A stretch of 63,250 bases of DNA, the filler included, from Octopus bimaculoides (lineage: Eukaryota), in assembly GCF_001194135.2 (NCBI RefSeq). It is 5 parts of 4 records of this genome, joined end to end, with 100 filler letters (N's around TTAATTAATTAA, not from the genome) between each part and the next. Parts side by side here need not be neighbours in the genome. Positions count along the whole stretch, not along the records: positions 5,415 to 36,270 come from NC_068986.1; positions 36,371 to 56,548 come from NC_068998.1; 3 more parts are not named here. The stretch is one strand, 5' to 3'. Shown here one piece after another: positions 24,500 through 37,985 of this stretch. The notes below the pieces were generated by a model, which was not told the DNA's origin, did not search any database, and saw only the letters and a program-made list of their open reading frames with translations. A program made the translations under genes and the position numbers. Every line of letters begins with the position of its first letter. Within the stretch, counting starts at the first letter, position 1.

Positions 24500-25200
24500 C
24501 ATGTGCAGTTTTCCATTCTTGCATGGGTTGGCTAGGTCTTCACTATGCCTGGCTACTTGCTGCAATCCTTTGTCATCTCTTCCATGAGTTCTAGCCTCTC
24601 AAGATCTGTCTTTGACTTTTTCCCATGCCTTTGGTCTTCCTCTTCTGCTGGTTCCTTCCACTTAGATTACTTGGCACTTCTTTATCCTGTTATCATCCTT
24701 CATATACATCACATGTCCAAACCAATACAGTCTTGTACACAATATTTTTTTACTCTCAGTTCGTTTGTGCTCCTTTGTTCATCATCATCATCATCAAACA
24801 TCCGTTTTCCATGCTGGCTTGGGATGGACTGCTTGACCAGAGCTGGCAAGCAGGGAAGCTGCACCAGATTCCAGTCTGATTTGGCTTGGTCTTTATATGA
24901 CACTGGCATGAGTGTCCATGCACACTAATATTAACATCTCGTAAAGCATATCTGCCTCATTTCATTCAAGCCTTTGCACATACGCTGCATCCAGTGCTCA
25001 TGTTTCACGTCTATACAACAACACATTTCAAAAAAGGGTTATGTAATCTACCCTTAACTCAAAAGTCTCTTTGTTGCCAGCATATGTAACTGCTCCCTGA
25101 ACATTTTCTTTCCCTGTTCTTACTCTGGTAACTTTACTCTCAAAACACCCAATTCCATACCTAATTAAATTTCCTAAGTAACTGAAGCTATTAACTACTT
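24500..25200 (-). mobile_element. RTE LINE 3' ORF remnant, interrupted by a family D insert (~24780-24900)
   Basis: NVLLYRRET*AL..RLE*NE.DML and RLYWFGHVMYMKDDNRIKKC..EGTSRRGRPKAW match RTE C-terminal motifs. Confidence 0.75.
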
Positions 25201-25467
25201 CTTGAAGCCCTTGGAGTATATGAAAAGATATAATTTCAGGATGGGTTTTTTTTATTTTTACTTACTCCTGTGTTACCCTAAAAAAAATTCCAAATGGTCA
25301 TAGACCTGCTTGATAAACGCTAACCTGGAGCTAAACAAAAACTATTTGTAAATATAAATTTGGGACACCTTTCTACTCATCTAAAAATTAAGAATCAATC
25401 TATGGAAAGTAAACATATTTATATACATAGTACATTTACTTCTGAGTGTGTGTGTGTGTATATATAT

Positions 25468-25513
<46 letters not shown>

Positions 25514-27160
25514 GATGCTATGTAAAATGCTTTCATTTCTTGTATTACTCGTTAAGGCTAGCCCATTAATATTGATCAAGCCTCAGCTAATAGGGGAAAT
25601 AACTCTTGACATATGTTTCTAAGCATATGTGATTGTCTACCCTTCATATTACGTTATCCGATTCATTTTTGATATTTTGACACCGTATCTGTCGGATTTA
25701 TTCATTAAAATAACAGACTTCTTGCTGAGTCAGTTGTTTAAACCATGTAGCTCTCCCTCCAAACAGAACGAATGTATTACATTTTGTAGTCGTTAAAATT
25801 TACCATCTATAAGTACATGTACAGAGTAGACGTAATTAAATAATCAGTTTCCTGCAAATGGTTAAGTTTCGGATGATAAAACAATTAGTCATTTGTTGGT
25901 TATAATAATGATTTCTAATTAGGCACAACACCAGCAGTTTTGAGTAGAATACTAAGACACTATCATCAATGTCAGTATTTGATTGATATTTATTTTCTCG
26001 GCCTCAAAAGGACGAAAAACAAAGTTGACTCTGGCTGGATCTTAACACATAGCTGATTAAGAAATATCACTTATGGATCCCAGAAGATGAAAGCCAAAAT
26101 TAACATCAGCAGGATTTGAACTCTGTACATGAATGCTAAATACTGCAATGGCATTTTGTACGATACTCTAACGATTCTACCGATTCACTGACTTTCATTT
26201 AACATTAATAATTAGTATTGCAATTAAGGTAGCAAGCTGACAGAATTGTTAGCATGCTTAGTAGAATTTCTTTCATCTTTGTTTTGAATTCAAATTCTAC
26301 CGAGGTTGACTTTGCCTTTCATCCTCTCAGAGTCGATAAAATAAGTACCAGGTGAACACTGGGGTCATTGTAATCAATTTAACTCCTCCCTAAAACTGCT
26401 GGCCTTGTACCAAAATTTGAAGCAAAAATTTATTATTGCAATTTAGAGAAATTGTTTCGCCAGGGCTGCCTGAGTGGCTCCTGTGCTGGTGGCACGTAAA
26501 AAGCACCATCCGAATGTGGCTGATGCCAGTGCCCCCTGACTGGCTCTCGTGCCAGTGGCACATAAAAAGCACCATCCAAACGTGGCCAATGCCAGTACCC
26601 CCGACTGACCCCCATGTCGGTGTTACGTAAAAAGGCACTGTCCGAACGTGATCAATGCCAGGCCTTCCTGTGCTGGCGGCACATAAAAAGTATCCACTAC
26701 ACTCAGTGTTGACATTAGGAAGGGCATCCAGCTGTAGAAACATTGCCTGATCAGATTGGAGCCTGGTGCAGCTGCTGGCTCAGCAGACCTCAGTCAAACC
26801 GTCCAACCCATGCCAGCAGGGAAAACAGATGTTAAACGATGATGATGATGATGATGACTTATACACACAAAAACTTACTCAAGTCACTGCATAGTCACTT
26901 GGCTTACTAGAATTAGCAGCTTGCACCATACAATTTTAAAAGGGAAAGGATGAATTAGATGGTGAAGTCCTAGATCAGTGGTTCTCAACCAGGGTCCACA
27001 TGAACCTTGGTGCTCCATATAAGGTTTTGTCCTAAATCAATTTTCTGGAACATAAGATTTTCATTTTAAAATTATGTATTTTCACCTGCAAATCACAAAT
27101 TGTACATGGTAACCAAACTTTATATTTCATATTTCTTTTTTTATTTTTCACATGGGACAG

Positions 27161-27596
27161 ATCCATCAATTACTTCTCAACATTGTGCAGAAATCTTCCC
27201 TCATCTTTGACAAATGGAACAAACTTACTTCCTACCGCATCGGCTGCTGTAAATCCAAGCCATGGAACTATTTTAACACAGAATGACCAAAATCCTGCTG
27301 TTCTGCAGCAATCAGTGCGATGTAAGAAAGTTGTCAAGTACAAACCAAATGTATGGAAACGCATACACATGAATAGTCTTCATAGACGCATACTAACAAA
27401 AGGAGGCATTGAAACTATATGGAAACGACTCCTAAAAGGACGCCATGTGCTTGTACCTTACGATGGTTTTCTTTTTGATAAGTCTAAGAAAACAAAACAC
27501 TCATTAACTCAACCAAAGATTTACAGAGAGAACAGATTCATTAAAAAAGAGTTTGTAAAAAAGAAATCATTCTTAGATAGGCCATCAGCCTATTAA
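27161..27596 (+). CDS. MRPL34: mitochondrial ribosomal protein bL34m exon 2
   Basis: KYKPNVWKRIHMNSLHRRILTKGGIETIWKRLLKGRHVL matches bL34 (human [39 protein letters not shown]); acceptor CAG at 27158-27160 after a T-rich tract; joined CDS 492 nt, 163 aa; TAA at 27594-27596. Confidence 0.88.
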
Positions 27597-29082
27597 ATGG
27601 AATTTTTATCTGTGTGTATTTGACTTTAAAGACTGAATTAAAGTTTTTGTTATTTTTCTTCTATAACTACTTTGTCTTTTCATTTGTCTTTGACTTTGTG
27701 TACATTTTAATAGTTTGTTCTCTTACTTATATGAATTAGTTGTTTCAAATTTGAAGCAGACGTTTTACTTATTCTTAAGTCAAACAATCAACTGCATCAT
27801 TAATTGTATTGTTTTTTGATTAATTATCATTTTTCAGGTTGTTAACCCATTTGTTAACATATTTCTGTTGAAATGCACTGCTTTTAGTTCATTTAATTTT
27901 TTAAATAATTAAGAATTTAGTAAAATAACTTTGTCATTATTAATCTGGGGTTTGGGACATAAATTAACTCTTTACTCTTTTACATGTTTCAGTCATTTGA
28001 CTGTGGCCATGCTGGAGCACCACTCTTTTTAGTCGAGCTAATTGACCCCAAGACTTATTCTTTGCAAGCCTAGTACTTATTCTATTGGTCTCTTTTGCCA
28101 AACTGCTAAGTTACGCGGACGTAAACACACCAGCATCGGTTGTCAAGCAATGTTGGGGGGACAAACACAGACACATACTCACACACATACATATATATGA
28201 CGGGCTTCTTTCAGTTTCCGTCTACCAAATCCACTCACAAGGCTTTGGTCAGTCCGAGGCTATAGTAGAAGATACTTGCCCAAGGTGCCACGCAGTGGGA
28301 CTGAACCCGGAACCATGTGGTTCGTAAGCAAGCTACTTACCACACAGCCACTCCTACGCCTATTAATTATGAAATTTATAAATGTGTCCTTCTTTGACAG
28401 AAGTAGGCTTTTTACCTTGTCAAAAACAAATAATTTATAAAATTAAAGTTCAAATGACCCTTTACAATAGCTTGAATACTCAAATAAAGGTGGAGCTTTT
28501 GTGTATGCATGTGTGCATGTCCCCTTGTACTGTACTTGATGATCATCTAAGGTTGGCAAATTAGCACATCAGTAATAGCTAATAATAGATTTATACATCA
28601 GCTGGCTAAAGTAAAAATTTACGTGATATCTGTTAAACCAAACTGTCACCAGAGATGAAATATCTGGTAAAATTAGACAAAGATTAGGCTTAGAATTAAT
28701 CTACTTCCATGATATTAGTGCAGTCTTTCAATGTCAGAAAAGGGCATTCACCAGTATTGTGAACTAAATCCTTACAGTCAGGTTACTACAACTACTTTCT
28801 AAATGAGGTGAGGAGAGAGATATTGCCTGATAGTAATAAGTATCATTGTGTAGAAACAAAGTTTGCAACCTAGTTGATGCTATTTAACCCTAGGTTAACT
28901 CTGATTCAGCATCCAGTTGTGACCAAACCCTGCTCTTTATTTTTGTCCTGATATGTACAAACATCACCATGTGATTAAGATGTTTGCTTCACAACCACAG
29001 CATTTTCGATAAGCGTCTTGTACTATAGCCCCAACTATTTGCCTTTCTTACTCCTTCAATGCTTCTGTCTCACTTCTGTTAA

Positions 29083-29302
29083 CCCTTTAGTGTTCAGATT
29101 ACTCTGTTAAATGTAATACTTTTTCACTCAAATTGTTTTGAATTAATCATGCCTTATCTTATAGCTTTGAGGTTTCAATGATGTGATTGTTTATTTTTAG
29201 AATGTCAATGTAGGTTAGGTGTGAGAGAATAGATATCGCCAGTTTGAATATAAAACATGTAGAATATCTGGGCCAGATATGGCCGGTTTAAACACTAAAG
29301 GG
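29083..29302. mobile_element. piggyBac-type MITE
   Basis: TTAA|CCCTTTAGTGTT ... AACACTAAAGGG|TTAA: perfect 12-bp TIR with TTAA target duplications; partial inverted copy at ~62932-63040. Confidence 0.9.
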
Positions 29303-29938
29303 TTAAAGGATTAACATCCAAAATGTTAAGACACTTTTTCTTGACATTAAAGTGTTCAGCCAACACCATATTTGTCAAACTTTGTTCCTCTTGTGTTGTT
29401 CATATTCTATTAACGATTAGATTTACACTATGTGTGTGTATGTCTCCTTATCCTGACATTGAGCACTGTTTGCAATCATTTGTTAGCAATCTTTTGCGAA
29501 AACCTGTGCAGAGCATCAGAAAATATTACCTTGCTTGGAAACAGGTGAAAGTCGGTGAGAAGAAGAGCATCAAATCATTGAAAATCTATCTCAATGAATC
29601 CTGTACAATCCTGGACAAGTAGACATTAAAACAAAAATTTACTCCATGTACCCAGAGCTTATTGTGTACAGGACTCAGTGCACTACAGCTATTTTTGTCT
29701 TGTATGATAGAAGATTGAAGCAGTTGCTTCAATCTTCAGTATTCAATTGTGCAAGACATCAGTATTGAAGGTGCAGAGACAACTGGTTAGGTTCACAAAG
29801 TCGTGGGTTTGATTCCAGGGACTGGCAATATGTTGTGCTCTTGAGCAAGGTTGCTCCTGTCAGCTCAGCTGAAAGAAGTACCAACTAAGTGCTGCTGCAG
29901 CTTTCTCTCCTGTCAGTTGTCACACCTTTGATATTCTG

Positions 29939-30125
29939 TTGTGGAGGCGCAATGGCCCAGTGGTTAGGGCAGCGGACTCGCGGTTTCAATTCCCAGACCG
30001 GGCATTGTGAGTGTTTATTGAGCGAAAACACCTACGACTTTGTGAACTTGCACGTTAATTTCACGAGCAGGCTGTTCTGTTGATCGGATCAACTGGAACC
30101 CTCGACGGAGTGCCAACAACAACAA
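29939..30125 (+). mobile_element. SINE family E, internally deleted copy
   Basis: Head and tail match 31103-31478; the middle ~190 bp is missing. Confidence 0.8.
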
Positions 30126-31102
30126 CGATGCACCTAAATACCCCTTGCAGAGCTTCATTTGAGAAGCAGTTGTGTAAAAACTACCTCATTTGCTCATCCA
30201 GCTCTTTGATACTTTTAAAGTGTAAAATAAAATGTAGATCAAAGTTACAGGTCATACAACAATCAGATTATCAACATTCAACTTAGGAAAATCTAATTTG
30301 CGGGGATTTTCTTTCTGTTTAATATATATATATATGTGTGTGTGTGTGTATGTATATGTATAGACATTAAAAAATTATCTCAGAAATTGATTTTTTTATT
30401 TTATTTCTAAGCACAAATTGTAGACCTTTCCTCTGTGAAGCCTGCTTTCTATAGAGGATGTTACATACAGACTTTTCCCAAGGTCATTAATCAATATTGC
30501 TTGTTTAAGTAGGTATGAAGCCTTGGATTAAAGGATTAGCAATTTAAGTAAAGTGAGATAGCTATAACTGAGAATCAAAACCAGATTATATATTTTGTTT
30601 GTTAAGACATTACTCTGCAGTTCTCAAAATAATATTTTTTTTTCTTTGTGTTCTAGGTCAAATTTTGTGGCATAGAAATAATAGTTGATTGCAATTTATA
30701 TTACTGGTACTTAATTTTGGCCAAACCCAATAAGACTGACCCCTAGCATGATTTGAATACAGAATAAATAGAAGGGAAGAATTGATGAATGATCCTTAGG
30801 GACTTCATTGACAAGCACTATGTGCTTATCATGCAACAGCCATGAGAGAGTACAATGATGGTTCCAGTCGCCATCTTTCAGGAAAGTTTTACAGTATAAA
30901 ATCTTTTCAGTTAGATACAGACAAATTTAGTACCCACTTGGGTACTAAGAAGAATAAAGAGCTAACAACAAATATCACAAACCGTTTTGTCCATTGATGT
31001 ACCAACTTCGCCAATCTATGCACCTGGACTGGTGCTTCTACTATACCACCTTGCTTACCCTACTCTTAATATTGTATTTTTTTACTTCTAATATCAAGGA
31101 AG

Positions 31103-31478
31103 TGTGGAGGCACAATAGCCCAGTGGTTAGGGCAGCGGACTCCCGGTCATAGGATCGTGGTTTCGATTCCCAGACCGGGCGTTGTGAGTGTTTATTGAGC
31201 GCAAACACCTAAAGCTCCACGAGGCTCCGACAGGGGATGGTGGCGAACCCTGCTGTACTCTTTCACCACAACCTTCTCTCACTCTTACTTCCTATTTCTG
31301 TTGTACCTGTAATTCAAAGGGTCAGCCTTGTCACACTGTGTCACGCTGAATATCCCCGAGAACTATGTTAAGGGTACACGTGTCTGTGGAGTGCTCAGCC
31401 ACTTGCACGTTAATTTCACGAGCCGGCTGTTCCGTTGATCGGATCAACTGGAACCCTCGACGGAGTGCCAACAACAAC
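31103..31478 (+). mobile_element. SINE family E, near full length (tRNA-derived head)
   Basis: A box ..CCCAGTGG, B box GGTTTCGATTCC, unique body, (AAC)n tail. Confidence 0.85.
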
Positions 31479-32318
31479 CAAGGAAGTAAGTCAATTAGTT
31501 TATGTAAAAAGCACCAATCAGCTTCCAAAAACAAGTGTTATATAAAGCTTAAAGATACCAATAAATTTAGATAATGGCAATCAAATATTTTAAATCCAGC
31601 AAGTGTAGAGAGCATTCTTTTCAAAGTGGGGGAACCTGGACAATGAAGCAGTTTCAAGATCACGGTGGCACGTAAAAGCACCCACTACACTCTCCGAGTG
31701 GTTGGCGTTAGGAAGGGCATCCAGCTGTAGAAACTCTGCCAGATCAGATTGGAGCCTGGTGCAGCTTTCTGGCTTGCCAGTCCTCAGTCAAATCGTCCAA
31801 CCCATGCTAGCATGGAAAGCGGACGTTAAACGATGATGATGATTGATATGTGTACTCAGCTTCTCATGAGGGCACAGGATCGTAGAGGTCACATCCCACC
31901 CATCTTTGCTTATTGTTGTACAACAAAAGAGAGGGTCTATTGATAATGGCTATCATGACAAACGTCTGGCCATATCTGATGTTATATTTTGGAGACATCT
32001 GCACCTTGGTACAGGACAAAATCTATTCAACTATAATTATGTTGACAGAGATACACAACATGAAATGGAAAACTTATCACAGGAAATGGAACAGAGATTC
32101 CCAGTGTGGTGAAGTACATCTTGGTTGTGGCCACTCAGAGAATATTATACTGGGGTTGACCAACTGAAACTTAAAATTATTTCTATAATGAGATTTTACT
32201 TTAAATATGAGCACTTTATTACAGGTGGTCTCAAGCAGGTTGGTGTATAAATGATTAAAGTATCCGCTATTGGTGCTTTGCCATTTACTTTAACAGCATC
32301 CAAATGAAGATAAAAGTG

Positions 32319-32351
<33 letters not shown>

Positions 32352-32629
32352 CCTCTATCTCTCTCTCTCTTCCCTATTTCAACTTCTTATAATAGATATC
32401 TTATAGATCTAGTAGAATGTTCCCAAGTCCTTGTATTTATTCAGATGAGCCATGTTACTTATACCAAAGTCATGATTGACAAGCCCTGAATGCAATGAGT
32501 ATGCTTGATTCTAGGCTTGTCACATTAATCATTGCTGTAGTTTCAGGGTAACCAAATGGTTAAGAAGCCCTCTTTGCAATCATGAGATCCTGGGTATATA
32601 AGATATCAGGTGTACCAAGTTCAAAAGAA

Positions 32630-32850
32630 AAGGTATGTACTATTTATAGAACATGACAGCTGGATAAAGAAATGTCAAGTAATCTACCAGAAGGGAACCT
32701 GCGGGAGAGAGAGAGACATGGAAAGAAGTGCATAAAATTAATCTCAGAATATCAAATGTTATGGAGATTGCAAGAAACTGTAAATATGTAGTGATACACC
32801 GCTGGAAAAGACTTGTCCAAGCCATGGAAAAAAGTGGATGTAAAACAATG
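32630..32850 (+). mobile_element. RTE LINE 3' end remnant
   Basis: Homologous to the minus-strand RTE tail at ~24560-24780 (WIKKC..EG). Confidence 0.55.
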
Positions 32851-33059
32851 ATATCAATAATAAGGATAATAATAAAAATAATTTCTTAAATAGGTACAAG
32901 GCCTCTTTTTATTGGCCACAAGGGCCCAGAACATTGGGGACAGTACAAAGGCAAAGAAAACAAGAAACAGTTGAGGGGATTTACATCAAGTGAATGGGTG
33001 AGATCAACAAAACAATGACATTATTAATAAATAGCAATAACAGTTTAGAACAAAATAAG

Positions 33060-33460
33060 AATAAGAAAGTATCCCCTAAATAGGGGAGCAACCACTTTGG
33101 GTAATATGAGACATCACACACACAGTCCCAAATTACCTGGTTGCACTAAAGGCAAACGCCTTCTTGCAATTCTTGCTACGAATCTATAGCTGTATAGTTA
33201 ATGCAGGACCAATTAATCAGGCCAATTTTTGTCATTTTCGTCCACCTTTCATAAACTTTACTGGAGAGCAACACCTCCTCTGCTACACGCATCTTCCTCT
33301 TCGAGTTGTAGTAGACAAAGTTGATTAGGTCTTGACCTGAGAGGAAAAAACTCACTCCTCGAACCTTTCAACAATATCCACCACACAATTTTTTTTGCCA
33401 TAGCCACTAGACAGAAGAAAGACTAACCACTCTTCTTAGCCAAAGAAAGGTGGTAGATCA
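33060..33460 (-). mobile_element. Tx1/L1-like LINE ORF2 C-terminal remnant
   Basis: FFCLVAMAKKIVWW..SGQDLINFVYYNSKRKMRV..SSKVYERW resembles Tx1-clade C-termini; recalled motif only. Confidence 0.5.
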
Positions 33461-34334
33461 ATCTTCTTGATTGACTTGACTAATCTGTCACAAATATGAT
33501 AACATCTGTTCAACTTAAATCTACAAATTAGCATTACATAGACACTGAACAAGTGTGTGCCTGGTAGTTTCATCACCCTGGATGCATCTCAGACAGGTTC
33601 ATTTGCCGGTGGTTCCACAACCATGCTTGGGAAGTTTATCCCAAACAGGCAAAACCCCTTCCCCTGTAGCACTGCCAGGCCAATAATAATAATAATAGCT
33701 TCAAATTTTGCCACAAGGGCAGCAATTTGGGGGTGGTGAGTCGATTACATCAACCCCAGTGTTCAACTGGTACTTATTCAATCGACCTCAAAAGGATAAA
33801 AGGCAAAATCAACCTCAGCTGAATTTGAACTCAGAACGTAGCAACAGACAAAATACCGCTAGGCATTTCACCCAGTGTGCTAACGATTCTGCCAGCTCAC
33901 CAAGGACATCAGATAAATAGAAAGATTTCTCACATAGGCGTAAGACAAGAAACTTTGGGGAGAAGCTGGTATAGATGATTATATAAAGCCAAGTACCTGA
34001 CTAATACTGACTTCATCAAATCTGCAAGATGGATGGTAAAGTCAATCAGAGCTGCATTTGAATAATAATTCAAATAACAATTATATTAATCAAACATATT
34101 TCCTTTTTATTACCAACTCTCAAAATTTGTTTCAGCTGTTTACGTTTTAAGTTCAAATCTTACTGAAGTCAACTCTACCTTCGGTGGAGGTGGAGGGGGG
34201 GGGGTCAATAAAATAAAGTGTTCAATAGAAAAAGTATTCATCAAATACTGGGTTCGATATGATCAACTAACCCCTTCCACCAGATTTATAGCTATGGGTC
34301 GATGTAAGAAACAGTTATTATCATTATTATTATG

Positions 34335-34379
<45 letters not shown>

Positions 34380-34631
34380 GTCGTTGTTGTTGTTGTTGAT
34401 GTTGTTGTATTTTGAGAAGAGGAGTCTTCAGGAGTCAACATATTTTAATCATTTAGATTCAGTTTTACGAAAAACATTATGCTAAAAGCCAAAAATTTAT
34501 TTGCGAAAGATTGGATTTCATACACACACACACACACATACACACACACACACACACAGATATGTATATGTTATATATATATATGTATATTATATGATTT
34601 ATTTGTATATATTCATAAATATGTGTGTAAG

Positions 34632-34669
<38 letters not shown>

Positions 34670-34796
34670 CAGGGTGTCCGCAAAGTCTGGGTACATGGCA
34701 ATTAACACATACTTTAAGAAATTATTTCTTATATTTAATTGTTTATGTTATGATTTTATTTACTCCATGAACCCAGACCTTGTGGACACCCTGTAA

Positions 34797-34829
<33 letters not shown>

Positions 34830-34864
34830 TATACATATATATACTCACACATACTATATTGGTT

Positions 34865-35375
34865 TCATATTTTGGCACAAAGCAGTTATTGTGGTGGGGT
34901 GTTTAGTCAATTACATTGACCCCAGTGCTCAACTGGTACTTATTTCATCGACCCTGAAATGATGATAGGCAAAGTTGACCTCAGTAGAATTTGAACCCAA
35001 AATGTAAAGACAGACAAAATGCCACTCAACATTCTGCCCAGCCTACGAACGATTCTGCCAGTTCACTCCACCTTGCTTATACATATTATATTATGATATA
35101 TTTGTGTATATCATTTGGATCTTTTTAACCAACAGATTCTTTTGGCTATACGTTTGAATGTATCAAGGCGGCGAGCTAGCAGAAACGTAAACATGCTGGG
35201 TGAAATGCTTAGCGGTATTTCGTCTTTACGTTCTGAGTTCAAATTCTGTCAAGGACAACTTTTGCCTTTTGTCCTTTTGGGGTCGATAAATTAAGTACCA
35301 GTTGCATACTGGGGTAAATCTAATCGACTGGCCCCCTCCCCAAAAATTTTGGGCTTTGTGCCGAGTGTAGAAAAC
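34865..35375. mobile_element. inverted (head-to-head) pair of SINE family C copies
   Basis: Minus copy ~34865-35070 and plus copy ~35165-35375, ~100 bp apart. Confidence 0.75.
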
Positions 35376-36097
35376 TATATATTTGAATGCATAGCTGGGT
35401 GTATTGGTTTGATGTTTGTGATGGCATAATGATTTTATAGGTGTCGTTGTTATTGAAATATGAGTATATCTGATGACACATTTTGTATTGTAGATGTTTT
35501 CATTGTTGGTAGTGTTGTTATTGTTGTTCTTGTTGTTGTTGTTTAGCCCCCAAGTTGTCCCTGGTTGACAGACTTATACTCAAAGGCATCCAAGCCTTGA
35601 CCAAACTGTCTGTTTAGGTAGGGAAAAATCTAGGACTGTTTTATCAAATGGGTTCTTGCCATAATATTAAGACAGTAGGCAGTGAAGGCTGATTTGAGGG
35701 AAGATATGGCTGCTATTCTAAGCAGATTGAGCAACTGTGTAGAAGCGTTCCTCTTTGGCACATTGTTGTTGATGGTGGTGGTGGTGATGATGATGATAGT
35801 GGTGGTCATCGTCGTTGCAGTCGTTATGGATATGACAAGATATCATGTCATTCTTATTATTGCTTTTCCTTGTCACTGTTGTTACCATTTTTCATATATT
35901 TTCTACATAAAAATCTATAGCAAAAGCAAAGCGAAATGTCATTGCTGATCTCATCCAAATTAATGCTGTCGATGTCTTTAAAAAGTGGTGGTGATAGCGA
36001 TGGTGGTGGTGGTGTGTTTGTTAATATGATCTTTACATCTTTATTAATAATCATAGTAAAAATGTTGTTGCTGTTGTCATCTCATTTCTTACAATAT

Positions 36098-36140
<43 letters not shown>

Positions 36141-36270
36141 AGAGAAAAGAACCACAGTTCCTGAACTCATCCATGAAAATCCACAGTCACACATAGAAAA
36201 ATTTTTTAAGTAAATACACTAAAAAGAATTATAATAAAATACAAAGTAATAATTATTAAAATAATAATTT

Positions 36271-36370
36271 NNNNNNNNNNNNNNNNNNNNNNNNNNNNNN
36301 NNNNNNNNNNNNNNTTAATTAATTAANNNNNNNNNNNNNNNNNNNNNNNNNNNNNNNNNNNNNNNNNNNN
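36271..36370. other. artificial 100-bp scaffold-join spacer
   Basis: N44-TTAATTAATTAA-N44. Confidence 0.95.
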
Positions 36371-36424
<54 letters not shown>

Positions 36425-36669
36425 TACATATATACACATGTGTATTCACACATGCCTATAAGTTGCACATACTGTTATGTACATATCAATGAGCAATTAT
36501 CATTTATCAATGGAAATTAGTTAAATAACTGCAATTTTGGCTGAAATTAGAAAGCAAGTGTTATGCTCTGCCGTCTCTCGATTACCCACTGAGTAATTAT
36601 GGTTTTATTACGATTGACTATTTGCTGCCGGAGAACTGGTGTTTAGAAGTGTTATGTATGTTGTATGAA

Positions 36670-37560
36670 TTACCATCTTCATCATCATCATTGTTATTAT
36701 TGGCATTGAAATCATTAGTCATCATCTTCGCCACCGCAACAGTCACCATAATCATGGGCATCATCATCATCATCATTATTAACATAATTATCCTCTTCAT
36801 CAATATCCTCCTCATCATCATCATTAACATAATCATCCTCATCACCATCGTGATCATCATCATTCTCATCATCATCATCATCAACATAATCATCATCCTC
36901 ATTCATCATCGTGTCTCCCCTTCTCCTCCTCCTCTTCCTCGTCTTTATCTTCATCATCGCCACATAAACAATATTATCTTAATCGACGTTAGTCTCATTT
37001 TTAATACAACACTAATAGTTATCTTCCCCGCCATCAGTGCCCCTGCCAACACCACCGCCACCGCCACGACCATCACCACTTTCCACGTTGTTGTTATCAT
37101 CATCAACAGCTGCAGTTCAATAAAAGCAATCACCATGAACAATCACCACCACCATCATCATCATTGTCATTGTTGTAATCATCACTCTCAGCAGTAGCAA
37201 CAGCATTTTTCTCATCATCATCATCATCATCTCCTTCACCACCACCACTATCACCACCACCACTTGATCATCATTATCTTCCGCCCCCATTCTCCTCCTC
37301 ATCATAGTTGTCTTTTTTTTTATCACCACCATCATCATCATCGTCTTCATTCTCATCACTGCCACTGCTGCCGCCAACACCACCACCACCACCATCATTA
37401 TCATCATCATCATCTTCATCATCCTCATCCTCCTCCTTCTCATCATCATCGTATTCATCATCATCATCAACTGCAGCACCATCCTTTTTAACCTTAATTT
37501 GTCTTCATCATAATCATCACCACGGCAATCATCCTCATTTTCACATCGAATATGTATTTG
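36670..37560. repeat. cryptic (ATC/ACC/CTC)n trinucleotide low-complexity tract
   Basis: Yields poly-H/I/S and poly-D/M ORFs in several frames; similar tracts at 2090-2480, 40100-40500, 42180-42450. Confidence 0.9.
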
Positions 37561-37944
37561 GAATGTGACAATGATTAAATTACATTTTGAAATAAAGCAA
37601 CTGAATAAAAATTAAAAATAAAATTGGAAAGAATATCATACTAAAAAAAAAAGAAATTAAATAAAACATTATATATTCAATATTATTTAAATAAATTTGA
37701 ATAAATTTACATATATCTCCTCCATNNNNNNNNNNNNNNNNNNNNNNNNNNNNNNNNNNNNNNNNNNNNNNNNNNNNNNNNNNNNNNNNNNNNNNNNNNN
37801 NNNNNNNNNNNNNNNNNNNNNNNNNNNNNNNNNNNNNNNNNNNNNNNNNNNNNNNNNNNNNNNNNNNNNNNNNTATATATATATAATCATTTAACATCTG
37901 CCTTCCATGCTAGAATGAGTGTGAATATATATGAGTATATATGC

Positions 37945-37985
<41 letters not shown>

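Noticed and set aside
31906-32167. Two overlapping ORFs in non-repetitive sequence
   Set aside because: Short, non-ATG starts, no recognisable motif or splice signals.
36618-37568. Long poly-His/Asp/Ile ORFs
   Set aside because: Trinucleotide low-complexity tract open in several frames on both strands; no splice or domain support.
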